64,000 bases of DNA. It comes from an uncultured cyanobacterium (lineage in GTDB: Bacteria > Cyanobacteriota > Cyanobacteriia > CAKZMO01). Made by a program: the position numbers and the translations under genes. Shown in pieces: positions 50,279 through 59,814 of this stretch (position 1 is its first letter; each line of letters begins with the position of its first letter). Below the pieces are notes generated by a model. It did not search any database. It was not told where the DNA came from and saw only the letters and a list, made by a program, of their open reading frames with translations. The DNA lies in contig CAVRCJ010000006.1 in NCBI GenBank assembly GCA_963719515.1, positions 192,001 through 256,000 of the forward strand, in the 5' to 3' direction.

Positions 50279-51598
50279 ATGTCTATTAGTACCGCTGCAT
50301 TGTGGACATTAGCGGCTTTAGCGACCGGTGAGCTGCCTCAAGCTGCTTCCACCGAGCCGGCTACTCCCCCCACCCCATCTTCCCTAGCGTCCTCCGAGGC
50401 TCTGCCTGATATAGCGGCGTCAGCAACAGCTGAAATATCCATCGCGCCTGAGACGATCGACCTACTAGAGCTTTCATCGCCGCCAAGCAGCGACGAATGG
50501 GCTGACTCACCTGCAGGGTTAGATCCGACTCAAGACCCACGCCTCAGCCCTTTGCCAGAGCGTCTAGCTGCGACCCCCCCCTCTGAAGCAGCGGCGGAGG
50601 CGATCGCAGCTGCCCCTGAAGCCGTTGGGTCAGCCACATCCGGTTTGTCCCCAGTTATAGATCCAGTGGTGGATCCAGTTATAGATCCAGTGGTAGACCC
50701 TGCTGCAGCGGCGAAAGTTATTAAAGAGACGCGGCTTGCACAGGTGCTAGATACTTTGCATCAGCAGGCGTTGACGACTCCCCAAAGCCTTTCGGTAACC
50801 GAGGTGACCCCGGCGGTTCGAGCTGATTCGCAGCCGCAGCTCCTAGCACAAACGCCCTCGCGGGAGCAAGTTGACCAGCTTCAAGAGCAGCTGCAAAATC
50901 TAGAACCGACGCCGGAATTTGGCAACATTTACGAAGGCTCACCCGCCATTACGCTATCTAACCCCTCAGGGTTTGGGGCAGACGACTTTACTGGGTTTGT
51001 CGGCTTTGGCTACCAGGAGCGGACCCGGTTTGGCAACAAAGACGATGGCACTTTAGGGGTAGGGATTGGCCTAGGAGATGCGGAAGAGGCCGTCGGCCTG
51101 CAGCTGTCTTACACCGTGGCTAGCTTTGGGGGCAGCCGGGATTTTGGCGCTGGTGGATTTAATGCCAAGCTGCACCGACAGCTTCCCGGTGGCTGGGGCA
51201 TTGCCCTGGGCTGGGAGGGGTTTCTGACGACGGGTGAAGTGGACTTTGAAGATTCGATCTATGGCTCCGTCACCAACATCCTCAAAACCCGGGAAGATAT
51301 TCGCAACCCGTTTAGCCGCGTTGCCTTCACCGCTGGGGTTGGGTCAGGTCGGTTTAGAAGCGAGAACGACATCATCAATGACGACGACGGCGTCGGCGTG
51401 TTTGGCGGGGTTGCCGTGCGCGTGATTCAGCCGGTTAGCGCCATCGTTGAATGGACGGGCCAGGATTTAGCGGCGGCGGTATCGGTGGTTCCTTTCCGAA
51501 ATATTCCTATCGTAATTACGCCTGGCGTACGGGACATCACCGGAGCAGGCGACGGTGCCCGATTTGTCTTGGGGGCGGGGGTGTCGTTTAAGTTCTAG
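50279..51598 (+). CDS. Hypothetical outer-membrane beta-barrel protein with disordered N-terminal half
   Basis: P/S/A/E-rich N-region, Gly/aromatic-rich alternating strands, terminal VSFKF (BAM-type C-terminal Phe); GTG 50240 is an alternative start. Confidence 0.7.
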   Translation: MSISTAALWTLAALATGELPQAASTEPATPPTPSSLASSEALPDIAASATAEISIAPETIDLLELSSPPSSDEWADSPAGLDPTQDPRLSPLPERLAATPPSEAAAEAIAAAPEAVGSATSGLSPVIDPVVDPVIDPVVDPAAAAKVIKETRLAQVLDTLHQQALTTPQSLSVTEVTPAVRADSQPQLLAQTPSREQVDQLQEQLQNLEPTPEFGNIYEGSPAITLSNPSGFGADDFTGFVGFGYQERTRFGNKDDGTLGVGIGLGDAEEAVGLQLSYTVASFGGSRDFGAGGFNAKLHRQLPGGWGIALGWEGFLTTGEVDFEDSIYGSVTNILKTREDIRNPFSRVAFTAGVGSGRFRSENDIINDDDGVGVFGGVAVRVIQPVSAIVEWTGQDLAAAVSVVPFRNIPIVITPGVRDITGAGDGARFVLGAGVSFKF

Positions 51599-51635
51599 GT
51601 CACTTTTCTAACCATTCTAGGAGTTTATTTTTACG

Positions 51636-52088
51636 ATGAAACTTATGCAGTATGGCTTGATTGGACTGTTAGGGGGGGCGATCGCAATTGTGGGGAGCGG
51701 TGCGCCAGCCCTAGCCCAGAACCAGTCGGATGTCACTGGCCCCAACGTCTCTGACATCACTGGCCCCAACGTTTCCGATATCACTGGCCCCAACGTTTCC
51801 GACAATACGGGAACGATAGTAGACAGTATCCGGTTTATTGACGAGACCACTATCAATCAGGCGAATGAGCTATCGCGCCTGCTAGAAGAAGCCTACTCCG
51901 CCTGCGAGATGTCTCAGTCTGTTACAGGCCCCAGGCGATTTGCCCGAGGGCCAAGTAGCCCTCAAGACTGCACAACGACCGCCTGTGTGCAATTTAACCA
52001 GATCGTGAGCCAGACCCAGCAGTTTTTGAGCGGACTAGACCCTGAGGTGGCAGAGCAGTTCTCGGGCGCTCTAGGTCGGCTCTGGTAG
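51636..52088 (+). CDS. Secreted hypothetical protein with SD(I/V)TGPNV repeats
   Basis: Signal peptide ending PALA-Q; 24-bp unit three times at 51729-51800. Confidence 0.75.
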   Translation: MKLMQYGLIGLLGGAIAIVGSGAPALAQNQSDVTGPNVSDITGPNVSDITGPNVSDNTGTIVDSIRFIDETTINQANELSRLLEEAYSACEMSQSVTGPRRFARGPSSPQDCTTTACVQFNQIVSQTQQFLSGLDPEVAEQFSGALGRLW

Positions 52089-52155
52089 CGATCGCTATCG
52101 AAAATTCAAGTCCTAATTTTTGCCGTAATCCACACTTTATCCTGAGGGAGAGACT

Positions 52156-52833
52156 ATGCCTAATTTCGCTTGGAAACCACTGGCGATGCTGGCGGTACTG
52201 GGCAGCGTTCTTGTTCCAGCGTCTTTAGTTCAAGCCGAAGAGTTTGACAACGGCGCTGTTCGGTTCGACGCTGACACCATTATCGAGTTTGAATTTATTG
52301 AGTCCAATAACGCCTATCAATCAACCTTCGGCGTTGCGGAACTCGACAACAGTGGCCGAGTTGTCCGCACCTACCCGCTCTATGAGGAAACCGTTCCATC
52401 TGATCGCAGTCAAGACGTAACCGCCCCCTCCAGATACAGAGATGACTTGGGTTTGCCAGATAGAAGCGACTTTTCCGGTAGCCCCGGCGTCACCGTTCCA
52501 GACCCGCTAGCAGAGTTCGAGTTTCGGGCCGATACGAGCTACGCCTTTTATCTAGAGTCTCAGTTCAACGGAATTTCGGAGGAGATTCTCTATTCGCTAG
52601 ACGCTCTAAACCAGGGAAGACAGCGCTGGTTTAAATTTGGCGGGACCCTGAGCGACTTAGGTAATGGCGGCATCGTCATTCGCGTTGAAGATACTGGCTC
52701 AATTTTGGTGGGTGAGAGCGGATCAGACCAAGACTTCGACGATTTCAACGTCCGCGCGGGGGGGCATGTAGCCTGCTTCGACGCGGGCTTGCGCTCTGGC
52801 TCCAAAGCGGCTGACTGCCCGTTCGCCAAGTAG
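52156..52833 (+). CDS. Secreted acidic hypothetical protein (DUF4114-like C-terminal motif)
   Basis: Signal peptide ending VQA-E, NNAYQSTFGV, IRVEDTG...SDQDFDDFNV. Confidence 0.7.
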   Translation: MPNFAWKPLAMLAVLGSVLVPASLVQAEEFDNGAVRFDADTIIEFEFIESNNAYQSTFGVAELDNSGRVVRTYPLYEETVPSDRSQDVTAPSRYRDDLGLPDRSDFSGSPGVTVPDPLAEFEFRADTSYAFYLESQFNGISEEILYSLDALNQGRQRWFKFGGTLSDLGNGGIVIRVEDTGSILVGESGSDQDFDDFNVRAGGHVACFDAGLRSGSKAADCPFAK

Positions 52834-52874
52834 TGTAGGGAGGGGTGACGAAATCGTCCTCGTTCAGCCAACGG

Positions 52875-54356
52875 CTACTTAGCGGGCGATGTCCCCTCCC
52901 CTATCTCCAAAGACTGCGGCACCTGAACCCCCAAAACTACCGCTCGCACCAGCATGAATGCCGCCATCGCTGCCCACAGCAGCCCGTTTGCGCTCAGCTG
53001 CCAGCTCGCGATCGCCAGCGGCAGGAATCCCACAACGACTGCCGTAGCCATACTGTTGCGCAGAATCGGCCCGTTGGCCAAGCCTAGAAAATAGCCGTCT
53101 AGCACAAACGCCATTGACCCAAACCCCAACACGGGCAGCAGCCACAGGACGTCGTGGGCGATATGCTGCACGATTTCGCCGTGGTTGGTCAGCAGGGCAA
53201 AGAGAGATCCGGGAAACGCTGCGAATACCGTAGCCACCCCCAACCCCAGCACTAGCCCTGTTCCTCCCGCTAACTTCAGCAGCGGCAGGAGGGAACCGGT
53301 GGCCTTAGCGCCATAAAAGCTCCCCGCAATGCTCTCGGTGGCGAACGCCAGCCCGTCAATGAAGTACACCGCCAAAATGACCACCTGCAGCAGCAGCATG
53401 TTGGCCGCTAGGGCTGTCGTTCCGAGAGAAGCGCTCCAGGCGGTGAATAGGGCATAGACAGTAATAAACAGCACGCTGCGCAGCCAAATGTTGGCGTTGA
53501 GCCGAAAGGCCATCGTTAGCGATCGCCGGTTGAGAATTTGAGGGGCGATTCGCCAGTGCTGCAGGGGCACATCCCGTATCACAAAAAACAGCCCTACGAG
53601 CAGCATGATGTACTGACTGAGGGCAGTAGCCAGCCCCGCCCCAGCGCTCTGCCACCCCAGATGCACAATGAACCAGTAGTCCAGCGCCACGTTCCCCCCA
53701 TTGCTGAGCGCCGACAGCAGCAGCACGCGCCCCCCCTGCTCGCGCCCTAAAAACCACCCCAGCAGCACAAAGTTGAGCAGCGTAGCGGGGGCATCCCAAA
53801 TGCGAGCGCTGTAGTAGCTGCGCCCCGCCTCTACGACATCAGGGGTGGCATCAAACAGAGCAAACCCCAAAGTCCTGAGAGGGTTTTGCAGCAGCAGCAG
53901 CAGGACGCCCAGCGCCAGGGCAATAAGGCCGTTACGCAGCAAAATTAGCAGCACCTCATCGGGGAGGTCAGGGGCAGGTGCGGCGGCTGTAGACGCTTTC
54001 TCAGCAGAGGCCTCAGCGCTCGGGGCCACACTGCTACCAACCTGTTCAGCAGTCCCGCTAGCAGCTAACGCTTGGGCGGTAGGGCCTGTGGTGCCCATAC
54101 GTAGAAAGTTGCAGGGTCGGTAGAGGTAATTGAATAGGGCGGTGGCGATCGCCACCCCAGCCAAAAAGCGAATGTTGCTGAGGTGCCCCAAGAAGGCTGA
54201 GTCCACTAGACCCGCCAAGGGCACCATCAGGTTCGAGAGCACGTTGACAGCCGCAAGACGGGCGAATCGTATCCAGAGCGGCTGATGGGGCAGGACGCTT
54301 TGGGTGGCGCTTAAAGAATCACTCACAGGAGTCACGGTACAGAACGGTTTGCCCAC
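52875..54356 (-). CDS. MATE family efflux transporter (DinF-like)
   Basis: NVLSNLMVPLAGLVDSAFLGHL, FLRMGTTG, YFIDGLAFATE; start uncertain. Confidence 0.9.
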   Translation of the reverse strand: MGKPFCTVTPVSDSLSATQSVLPHQPLWIRFARLAAVNVLSNLMVPLAGLVDSAFLGHLSNIRFLAGVAIATALFNYLYRPCNFLRMGTTGPTAQALAASGTAEQVGSSVAPSAEASAEKASTAAAPAPDLPDEVLLILLRNGLIALALGVLLLLLQNPLRTLGFALFDATPDVVEAGRSYYSARIWDAPATLLNFVLLGWFLGREQGGRVLLLSALSNGGNVALDYWFIVHLGWQSAGAGLATALSQYIMLLVGLFFVIRDVPLQHWRIAPQILNRRSLTMAFRLNANIWLRSVLFITVYALFTAWSASLGTTALAANMLLLQVVILAVYFIDGLAFATESIAGSFYGAKATGSLLPLLKLAGGTGLVLGLGVATVFAAFPGSLFALLTNHGEIVQHIAHDVLWLLPVLGFGSMAFVLDGYFLGLANGPILRNSMATAVVVGFLPLAIASWQLSANGLLWAAMAAFMLVRAVVLGVQVPQSLEIGEGTSPAK

Positions 54357-54496
54357 AAACTGACTCTAGACCCTGCTCGTTTCGTTTGGCTAGGTAGGCT
54401 GGGAAGAAATTATCTGGGATTGACCTATTGGTGCGTTGGGCAACCCGATAACAGGGCGTGTATCCGCACGCCCCTACGGTACTGGAATCTGTTGAT

Positions 54497-56398
54497 CTAG
54501 CCGACCAGCTCTTTGACTTTTTTCATGATGCCTGTCGGGTCGATGCCCTGGTGGGGGAACTGCTCCCACAGGCCGCCGCTGCCCTCTTCATGGGTGCCCA
54601 AGAAGGCGAACTTCGGCGCGTAGCCCCGCTCTAGCAGCCAGGAACCGAAGCGGCTCCCTAAGCCCGTGCGGCGGTTAAACGATTCCACCGTCAGCACGAA
54701 GGGGGAGCTGCCCACCTTCTTCATCATGTCCTCGTCCACGACGTTCAGCGTCGCCTTGTTGATTAGGCCGACGTCAATGCCCTCTTTCTTCAGCCGCTCC
54801 ACCGCGTCTACCGCCCGGTATAGCGCCTCACCAAAAGCCACAATGTAGCCGGCAGTGCCCTCGCGCACCACCTCGTCTTTACCGGGGGTGAAGGTATAGT
54901 CGCCGCCAAACATCTCGTTGCCGTCACCGTCCAAAATCATTGGCACCTTAGAGCGGGTGGAGAAGATGAACCGCAGGCCCTCGTCGTGGAACACCTTTTT
55001 GACGCAGGCCCGCATTTGGTTAGCGTCGGCGGGGAAGTAAAGTCGAGTGGCGTAGCTGTCATCTAGGCCACCGTCAGCGAACATATTGTTCAGCCCGAAG
55101 TGGCAGGTGTTGTCCGCCATGTCGTCGATGCCGGAGTGGGAGAAGTGACACAGCAGGTTGGAGTTGTTGAGCCGCGCCATGGTGATCTCGGAGATGCACA
55201 TCTCTAGGAAGGCGCTAAAGGTGGCGAACACCCCCTGCTTGCCCTTCTCCATGCCGAAGCCCGCCGCCGCCGCTAGGTTGCCCCGCTCCATAATGCCGCC
55301 GCTGATGAAGATTTCGGGGTAAGCTTTGCGAATCTGAGTCAGACCGCAGGAGCCTTCTAGGTCGCTGTCAATGACCAAGACGCTGTTCTTGCGCTCCTCG
55401 TCGCTCATACCGCTCATCGCGTCCACCATGGCCTCGCCGAAGACGTTGCGGTTAGATCCCACTTTGTCGGTGGAGCCCATGAAGGCATAGTCGTTCTTGG
55501 GCTTTTTGATCCCCTTCAGGTGGTCGGCAGCGGCCTGGTAGCCTTTGGATTCTAGATAGTTAATAGCGCCGTCGACGGTAATCACGTCGTGACCGTGGTT
55601 GGTGCCCTCCAGCCCTTCGATGCCGGGGCACATGGGCCGCTTGTTAATGACAGCGATGGGGCCCGGCGTGTTGATGGCTTCGCAGATATTGCTGTACAGC
55701 CCGTCGATATCCTCGCCGTCGCCCCGCAGCACCTTGAGCCCATGCCCCTCTAGGGTGCGGCCCACGTCAAAGCCGGGGAGATACTTGGAGGGGTGACCGG
55801 CGATGGTGACGTCGTTGTCGTCGATCAGCAGCTTGACGTTCAGGTATTGGGCCACGGCCAGGCGAGCGGCCTCGGCGTCGTCCCCCTCCTGCTGAGCGCC
55901 GTCAGAGCCGAGGCAGAACACCGTCTTGCCGGGGTTAGCAAAGGCGACGCCGTTGACGTAGGGCCACATGTGACCTAGACGACCGGAGCTGAACTTAATG
56001 CCCGGCGTGAGGCCCAGCTCGGGGTGGCCCGGCAGCTTAGAGTGAGCCATGCGGTAGTTCATCAGCTTCTCTGCGGGCAGGTCACCGTCCAAGGTGGCCA
56101 TTAGGTACTGGGTGCCCACCCGATGTCCGGCTTCGTCAAAGAAGATGGGGACAAACTTGTCGGCGTTGCTCTTGAACAGCGCATCGAGAATCATCACCTC
56201 GGGAACCGTGTCGTAAGGTCCACCCGTGTGGCCACCGACCCCATGGGCTGCGCCGGTTGCGGTGAAGAAGACGATAGCGGCGCGAGACAGCTCGATGTTG
56301 GCCTTGAGGGCCTCGCGCTGGTCGTCTGTGAGGGTGGTGGTGCTAGGGTCTAGCGTAATTTTTTTGTAGGCGCTGAGGTCAATGGGAAAGGTAGCCAT
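54497..56398 (-). CDS. Atypical transketolase-family ThDP enzyme
   Basis: GGHTGG, LPGHPE, SGRLGH, ThDP motif GSDGAQQEG...IDDND, DSDLEGS, GIMERG, C-terminal domain. Confidence 0.85.
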   Translation of the reverse strand: MATFPIDLSAYKKITLDPSTTTLTDDQREALKANIELSRAAIVFFTATGAAHGVGGHTGGPYDTVPEVMILDALFKSNADKFVPIFFDEAGHRVGTQYLMATLDGDLPAEKLMNYRMAHSKLPGHPELGLTPGIKFSSGRLGHMWPYVNGVAFANPGKTVFCLGSDGAQQEGDDAEAARLAVAQYLNVKLLIDDNDVTIAGHPSKYLPGFDVGRTLEGHGLKVLRGDGEDIDGLYSNICEAINTPGPIAVINKRPMCPGIEGLEGTNHGHDVITVDGAINYLESKGYQAAADHLKGIKKPKNDYAFMGSTDKVGSNRNVFGEAMVDAMSGMSDEERKNSVLVIDSDLEGSCGLTQIRKAYPEIFISGGIMERGNLAAAAGFGMEKGKQGVFATFSAFLEMCISEITMARLNNSNLLCHFSHSGIDDMADNTCHFGLNNMFADGGLDDSYATRLYFPADANQMRACVKKVFHDEGLRFIFSTRSKVPMILDGDGNEMFGGDYTFTPGKDEVVREGTAGYIVAFGEALYRAVDAVERLKKEGIDVGLINKATLNVVDEDMMKKVGSSPFVLTVESFNRRTGLGSRFGSWLLERGYAPKFAFLGTHEEGSGGLWEQFPHQGIDPTGIMKKVKELVG

Positions 56399-56619
56399 AG
56401 GGTTAAGTCCTTATAGAGCAGTAATAGGGGTGAAGTTAGGGCAAGGAAATGCGATCGCAAGCAGGATCAATAATTACTATCCATTATCGATGGCCGAGGC
56501 ACTCGCAGCGTGAGTTAGGTCTGAGCGAACAGGTGCTGGAGCCGCCTAGCGCTTTAGCCATGGCGCTTTGAGTCAGCACGATGGGTCAATATTTAGGCAA
56601 TGTCGCTGGGCCAACATAA

Positions 56620-56656
56620 ATAGCAGATAGATTAAATGAGCTTATCTATCTGCTAT
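56620..56656. promoter_or_regulatory. AT-rich 13-bp inverted repeat (operator or terminator)
   Basis: ATAGCAGATAGAT-N11-ATCTATCTGCTAT. Confidence 0.5.
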
Positions 56657-56851
56657 GAGATTACCGCAATCGGGATCAGGGTTTCAAGAGATTCGGCGAC
56701 ACGCTTTGAGTATTTATGCTTACTACTCTTGTGGAAAGTGGCCTAGAACCGCTCTATCCAGGGCCGTAGCTCGATTTTCCAGGTCCAGGCGCTACAGAGC
56801 GGCTGCAAAATCCGCAGATAGCTCCGGAGCGTAGCGCTATGCCGCGACGCC

Positions 56852-58210
56852 CTATGGCAGGTGCAATCCGCATTCCTGCTTCAATCCATGGAAGCGAGTT
56901 GATCGCTCGTCGGTGTCTTCAGCGGTTAGAGGGCGGCTAGAGTGCCAGTCGCCCACCGTCACGTAGCCCTGGTCAAAGAAGGGATGGTAGGGCAGATCGT
57001 GGGCAGTAAGATACTGGTAGAGATCTCGGGCATTCCAGCCCAAGATGGGGTGAATTTTAGTGATGCCCTCCTGCTGCACAACGCGATTTAAGCCTCGGCG
57101 GTAGTCCGTTTGCTGCTGTCTTAGGCCCGCCAACCAGGCGGTTGCCTTCAGGTCTCGCAGCGCCCTTTGCATCGGCTCCACCTTACGAATCTGATCGTAC
57201 TTGTTCAGCGCCGCTAGGTCTTCCTGTGCCCAGAGCTGGCCGTACTGAGCCTCCATTCGGGCGGGGCTGAGGGGAGATTGATATACCTTGAGGTTGAGAT
57301 TTAGCCGCTGGGTCAGCTCGTCAGCAAAGCGGTAGGTCTCGAGGGGCAGGTAGCCAGTATCCACCCAAACAACGGGGATATCGGGCACCACCTGCGTCAC
57401 GAGGTGCAGCATTACCGCCGACTGAATGCCGAAGCTGGTGCTCATCATCAAGCCATCGCCAAATTCCTCGGCGGCCCACTGGACAAGCTCCGAAGCTGGT
57501 TTGTCTATCGTGTCGTCTCTCATGGGGTCTAGAGTAGCTCGTTCGGACTGTGATGCTTCAATCGGTTGTGCTGCCGGCTCGGGCTGTACAGCTAACGAAT
57601 CCTTCCGCTTTATCTGAGCTGGGACTCCCACAGCTGTTGCATCGGCGGGCACGTCTTTCACCACCACGGCCCCCGCACCTATACGGCAACGATCGCCTAC
57701 GGTAAGGTTGCCGAGAATCTTGGCACCGGCCCCTACCATCACCTCGCGGCCTACTGTGGGGTGGCGCTTGCCGCTGCCTTTACCCGTGCCGCCGAGAGTC
57801 ACGCCCTGGTAAATCACGCAGCGATCGCCCACGATAGCAGTTTCCCCGATCACTACGCCCATACCGTGATCGATAAACACCTCTTGACCCAGGGTTGCGC
57901 CAGGGTGAATCTCAATGCCGGTGAGGAGACGGGAGAGGTGAGAAATTAGCCGGGGCAGCAGGGGAAGGCCGAGCTGGTGTAGCTCATGGGCAAGCCGATG
58001 GAGCGCGATCGCTTGGGGACCGGGGTAGCAAAGCAGCACCTCAAGCCAGCTGCGGGCGGCGGGGTCGCGCTCTAGGGCAATGCGATAGTCGGAGACGAGA
58101 GCGTTGAGCCTATTGACCAGGCTTTTTCGGAAGGCAGCGGCAGCGGACCAAAAGGGAGTCGGCGGGGCGACCGGGGAGGCAACAGACTGACGGGTTGGGT
58201 GGCAAGTCAT
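56852..58210 (-). CDS. cysE-cysH: Fusion of serine O-acetyltransferase (CysE) and PAPS reductase (CysH)
   Basis: N-half [41 protein letters not shown]-half [35 protein letters not shown]; one 452-aa frame. Confidence 0.92.
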   Translation of the reverse strand: MTCHPTRQSVASPVAPPTPFWSAAAAFRKSLVNRLNALVSDYRIALERDPAARSWLEVLLCYPGPQAIALHRLAHELHQLGLPLLPRLISHLSRLLTGIEIHPGATLGQEVFIDHGMGVVIGETAIVGDRCVIYQGVTLGGTGKGSGKRHPTVGREVMVGAGAKILGNLTVGDRCRIGAGAVVVKDVPADATAVGVPAQIKRKDSLAVQPEPAAQPIEASQSERATLDPMRDDTIDKPASELVQWAAEEFGDGLMMSTSFGIQSAVMLHLVTQVVPDIPVVWVDTGYLPLETYRFADELTQRLNLNLKVYQSPLSPARMEAQYGQLWAQEDLAALNKYDQIRKVEPMQRALRDLKATAWLAGLRQQQTDYRRGLNRVVQQEGITKIHPILGWNARDLYQYLTAHDLPYHPFFDQGYVTVGDWHSSRPLTAEDTDERSTRFHGLKQECGLHLP

Positions 58211-58311
58211 GGTGTTTCCTGTAGTAGCTGGAGTCTACTGTGACGACTGCTGGAACGAGCGCTGTTGAAGAGGTTATGTACTGAACGGTCAACAACTGAG
58301 CAAAAAAAGGT

Positions 58312-58902
58312 CTAGATCTGGGGCTCAAGCATGCGGATTATCAAGTCTGACTGTTGATTGAGCAGGTCTTGGGGGACTTCAGCCTTGAGGCTGGTGAACA
58401 GGCCCATGAGAACGTGGAACATCAGTAGCCCTAGATCCTCAGCGTCAGCATCGGTGCGGAACTCCCCCGCCGCTTGGCCCTGGGCAATGACGCTGGTGAG
58501 CAGCGATCGCACCCGGGAGCGGTAGCCCTGAAGCAGCCGCTTGACGGCCTCATCGTGGGGGGCAAGCTCAATGAGGGAGTTGACGGCGAGGCAGCCGCGA
58601 CAGTCGCTGTAGCCGCCGTAGACCTCGATGAGGTCACCAAGCCATTGACGCAGATCGCACCTGGGGGAAGAGCAGTGGCCGAGGCGATCGCGATGGGCCG
58701 CATAGGCTTCGTCGAGGTAGCGCTCTAGGGCGATAATGAACAGCGAGTGCTTGTCTTTGAACGCTTTGTATAAGCTGCCTTTCTGCAGGCCCGTAGCGGC
58801 CATAAGTGCGGTGAGCGATGTAGAGCCATAGCCGCGTAGCCAGAAGATCTCCATAGCGGCGTCTAGGACAATATCTTCGTCGAATTCGCGGGGTCGGGCC
58901 AT
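58312..58902 (-). CDS. TetR/AcrR regulator (NemR/ComR-like)
   Basis: MARPREFDED..AMEIFW..GY..TS...GLQKGSLYKAFKDKHSLF; C-terminal RGCLAVN. Confidence 0.92.
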   Translation of the reverse strand: MARPREFDEDIVLDAAMEIFWLRGYGSTSLTALMAATGLQKGSLYKAFKDKHSLFIIALERYLDEAYAAHRDRLGHCSSPRCDLRQWLGDLIEVYGGYSDCRGCLAVNSLIELAPHDEAVKRLLQGYRSRVRSLLTSVIAQGQAAGEFRTDADAEDLGLLMFHVLMGLFTSLKAEVPQDLLNQQSDLIIRMLEPQI

Positions 58903-58935
58903 GTGGCGGGATAAAACAGGTATTTTATAGATTCC

Positions 58936-58967
58936 AGTGTAGCAATTAGAAACCGATCGGTCAACAA
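58936..58967 (-). promoter_or_regulatory. Sigma70-type promoter of the TetR gene with overlapping palindromic operator
   Basis: Minus strand TTGACC-N17-TACACT; palindrome ACCGATCGGT (58952-58961); related motif at 58280-58295. Confidence 0.65.
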
Positions 58968-59031
58968 TATGCGCTCGACCTTGAGAGAGATAAGTCTTTA
59001 GGGAAAAGTCGGTCAGGGGGACGCTGACGGG

Positions 59032-59256
59032 TTAGGGTCCGGCCTCGTCGCTCGGGTTAACCAGCTCCCTCAGCCGCTCCAACGTGCCGGGTTCGGGCTC
59101 AGGGTCGAGGCCCAGAAGATTGGAGACGATGGGGCGCAGCAGCGGATTGCCCCGGGCGTACCAGCCAAATTTAACGCACTGAGCCGTGAACCAAAAGACA
59201 AGAAACACCGCAAATAGGGTAGAGGCAACGTCACCTATCTTTCGCCATGGATTCAT
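59032..59256 (-). CDS. Small hypothetical membrane protein
   Basis: 74-aa ATG ORF with a single hydrophobic helix. Confidence 0.55.
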   Translation of the reverse strand: MNPWRKIGDVASTLFAVFLVFWFTAQCVKFGWYARGNPLLRPIVSNLLGLDPEPEPGTLERLRELVNPSDEAGP

Positions 59257-59351
59257 GGGGGTTTATCCTGGAGTGAAGAGAATCCTGTGAGATCAGGGTA
59301 GTGCTTCTCTACTGCACTGTACAGTGCCACGATTATGACAGTGCCACGATT

Positions 59352-59813
59352 ATGATTCTGTTGACCCCACGTAAGATTTTCGGTTCTGGCATAAGGCGAT
59401 TTTTGCTGGTGTTCCTGGTTGTGCCCATTGTTGTACCGGTGTTTTTAGGGGCGATCGCCTCTAGCGCAGCGTGGGACAGTCTTGCCATCGCCGCTGTTGA
59501 CCCGGCTGCCGACACCGCCTGGGTTGCCGTTGCCCGCTCAGAGCAAGGGATCCAATACGTCGCCCCCGGATCAATTCAGGTCACGGCGGGAGGGGTACGG
59601 CTGAAGAGCTATTGGCAGCCTCCCACCGACGGAGGACTGGAGACGGTGTACTACGTGACGGAATACGACTGCCAGGGTCGCTACCGCGACGTAGAGGCGA
59701 CCAACGGAGTCAAAGGCCCGAGCCAGAAAGATACAAATTGGAAATCCATTGGCGCAGACCCCCTAAATCGTGGTGCTATGGAATATGGCTGTGCAAGGCA
59801 AGGGGGAAACTAG
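59352..59813 (+). CDS. Exported hypothetical protein
   Basis: N-terminal hydrophobic helix, YVAPGSI, EYDC and terminal C pair; ends 1 nt before the cobH-like gene. Confidence 0.6.
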   Translation: MILLTPRKIFGSGIRRFLLVFLVVPIVVPVFLGAIASSAAWDSLAIAAVDPAADTAWVAVARSEQGIQYVAPGSIQVTAGGVRLKSYWQPPTDGGLETVYYVTEYDCQGRYRDVEATNGVKGPSQKDTNWKSIGADPLNRGAMEYGCARQGGN

Positions 59814-59814
59814 G

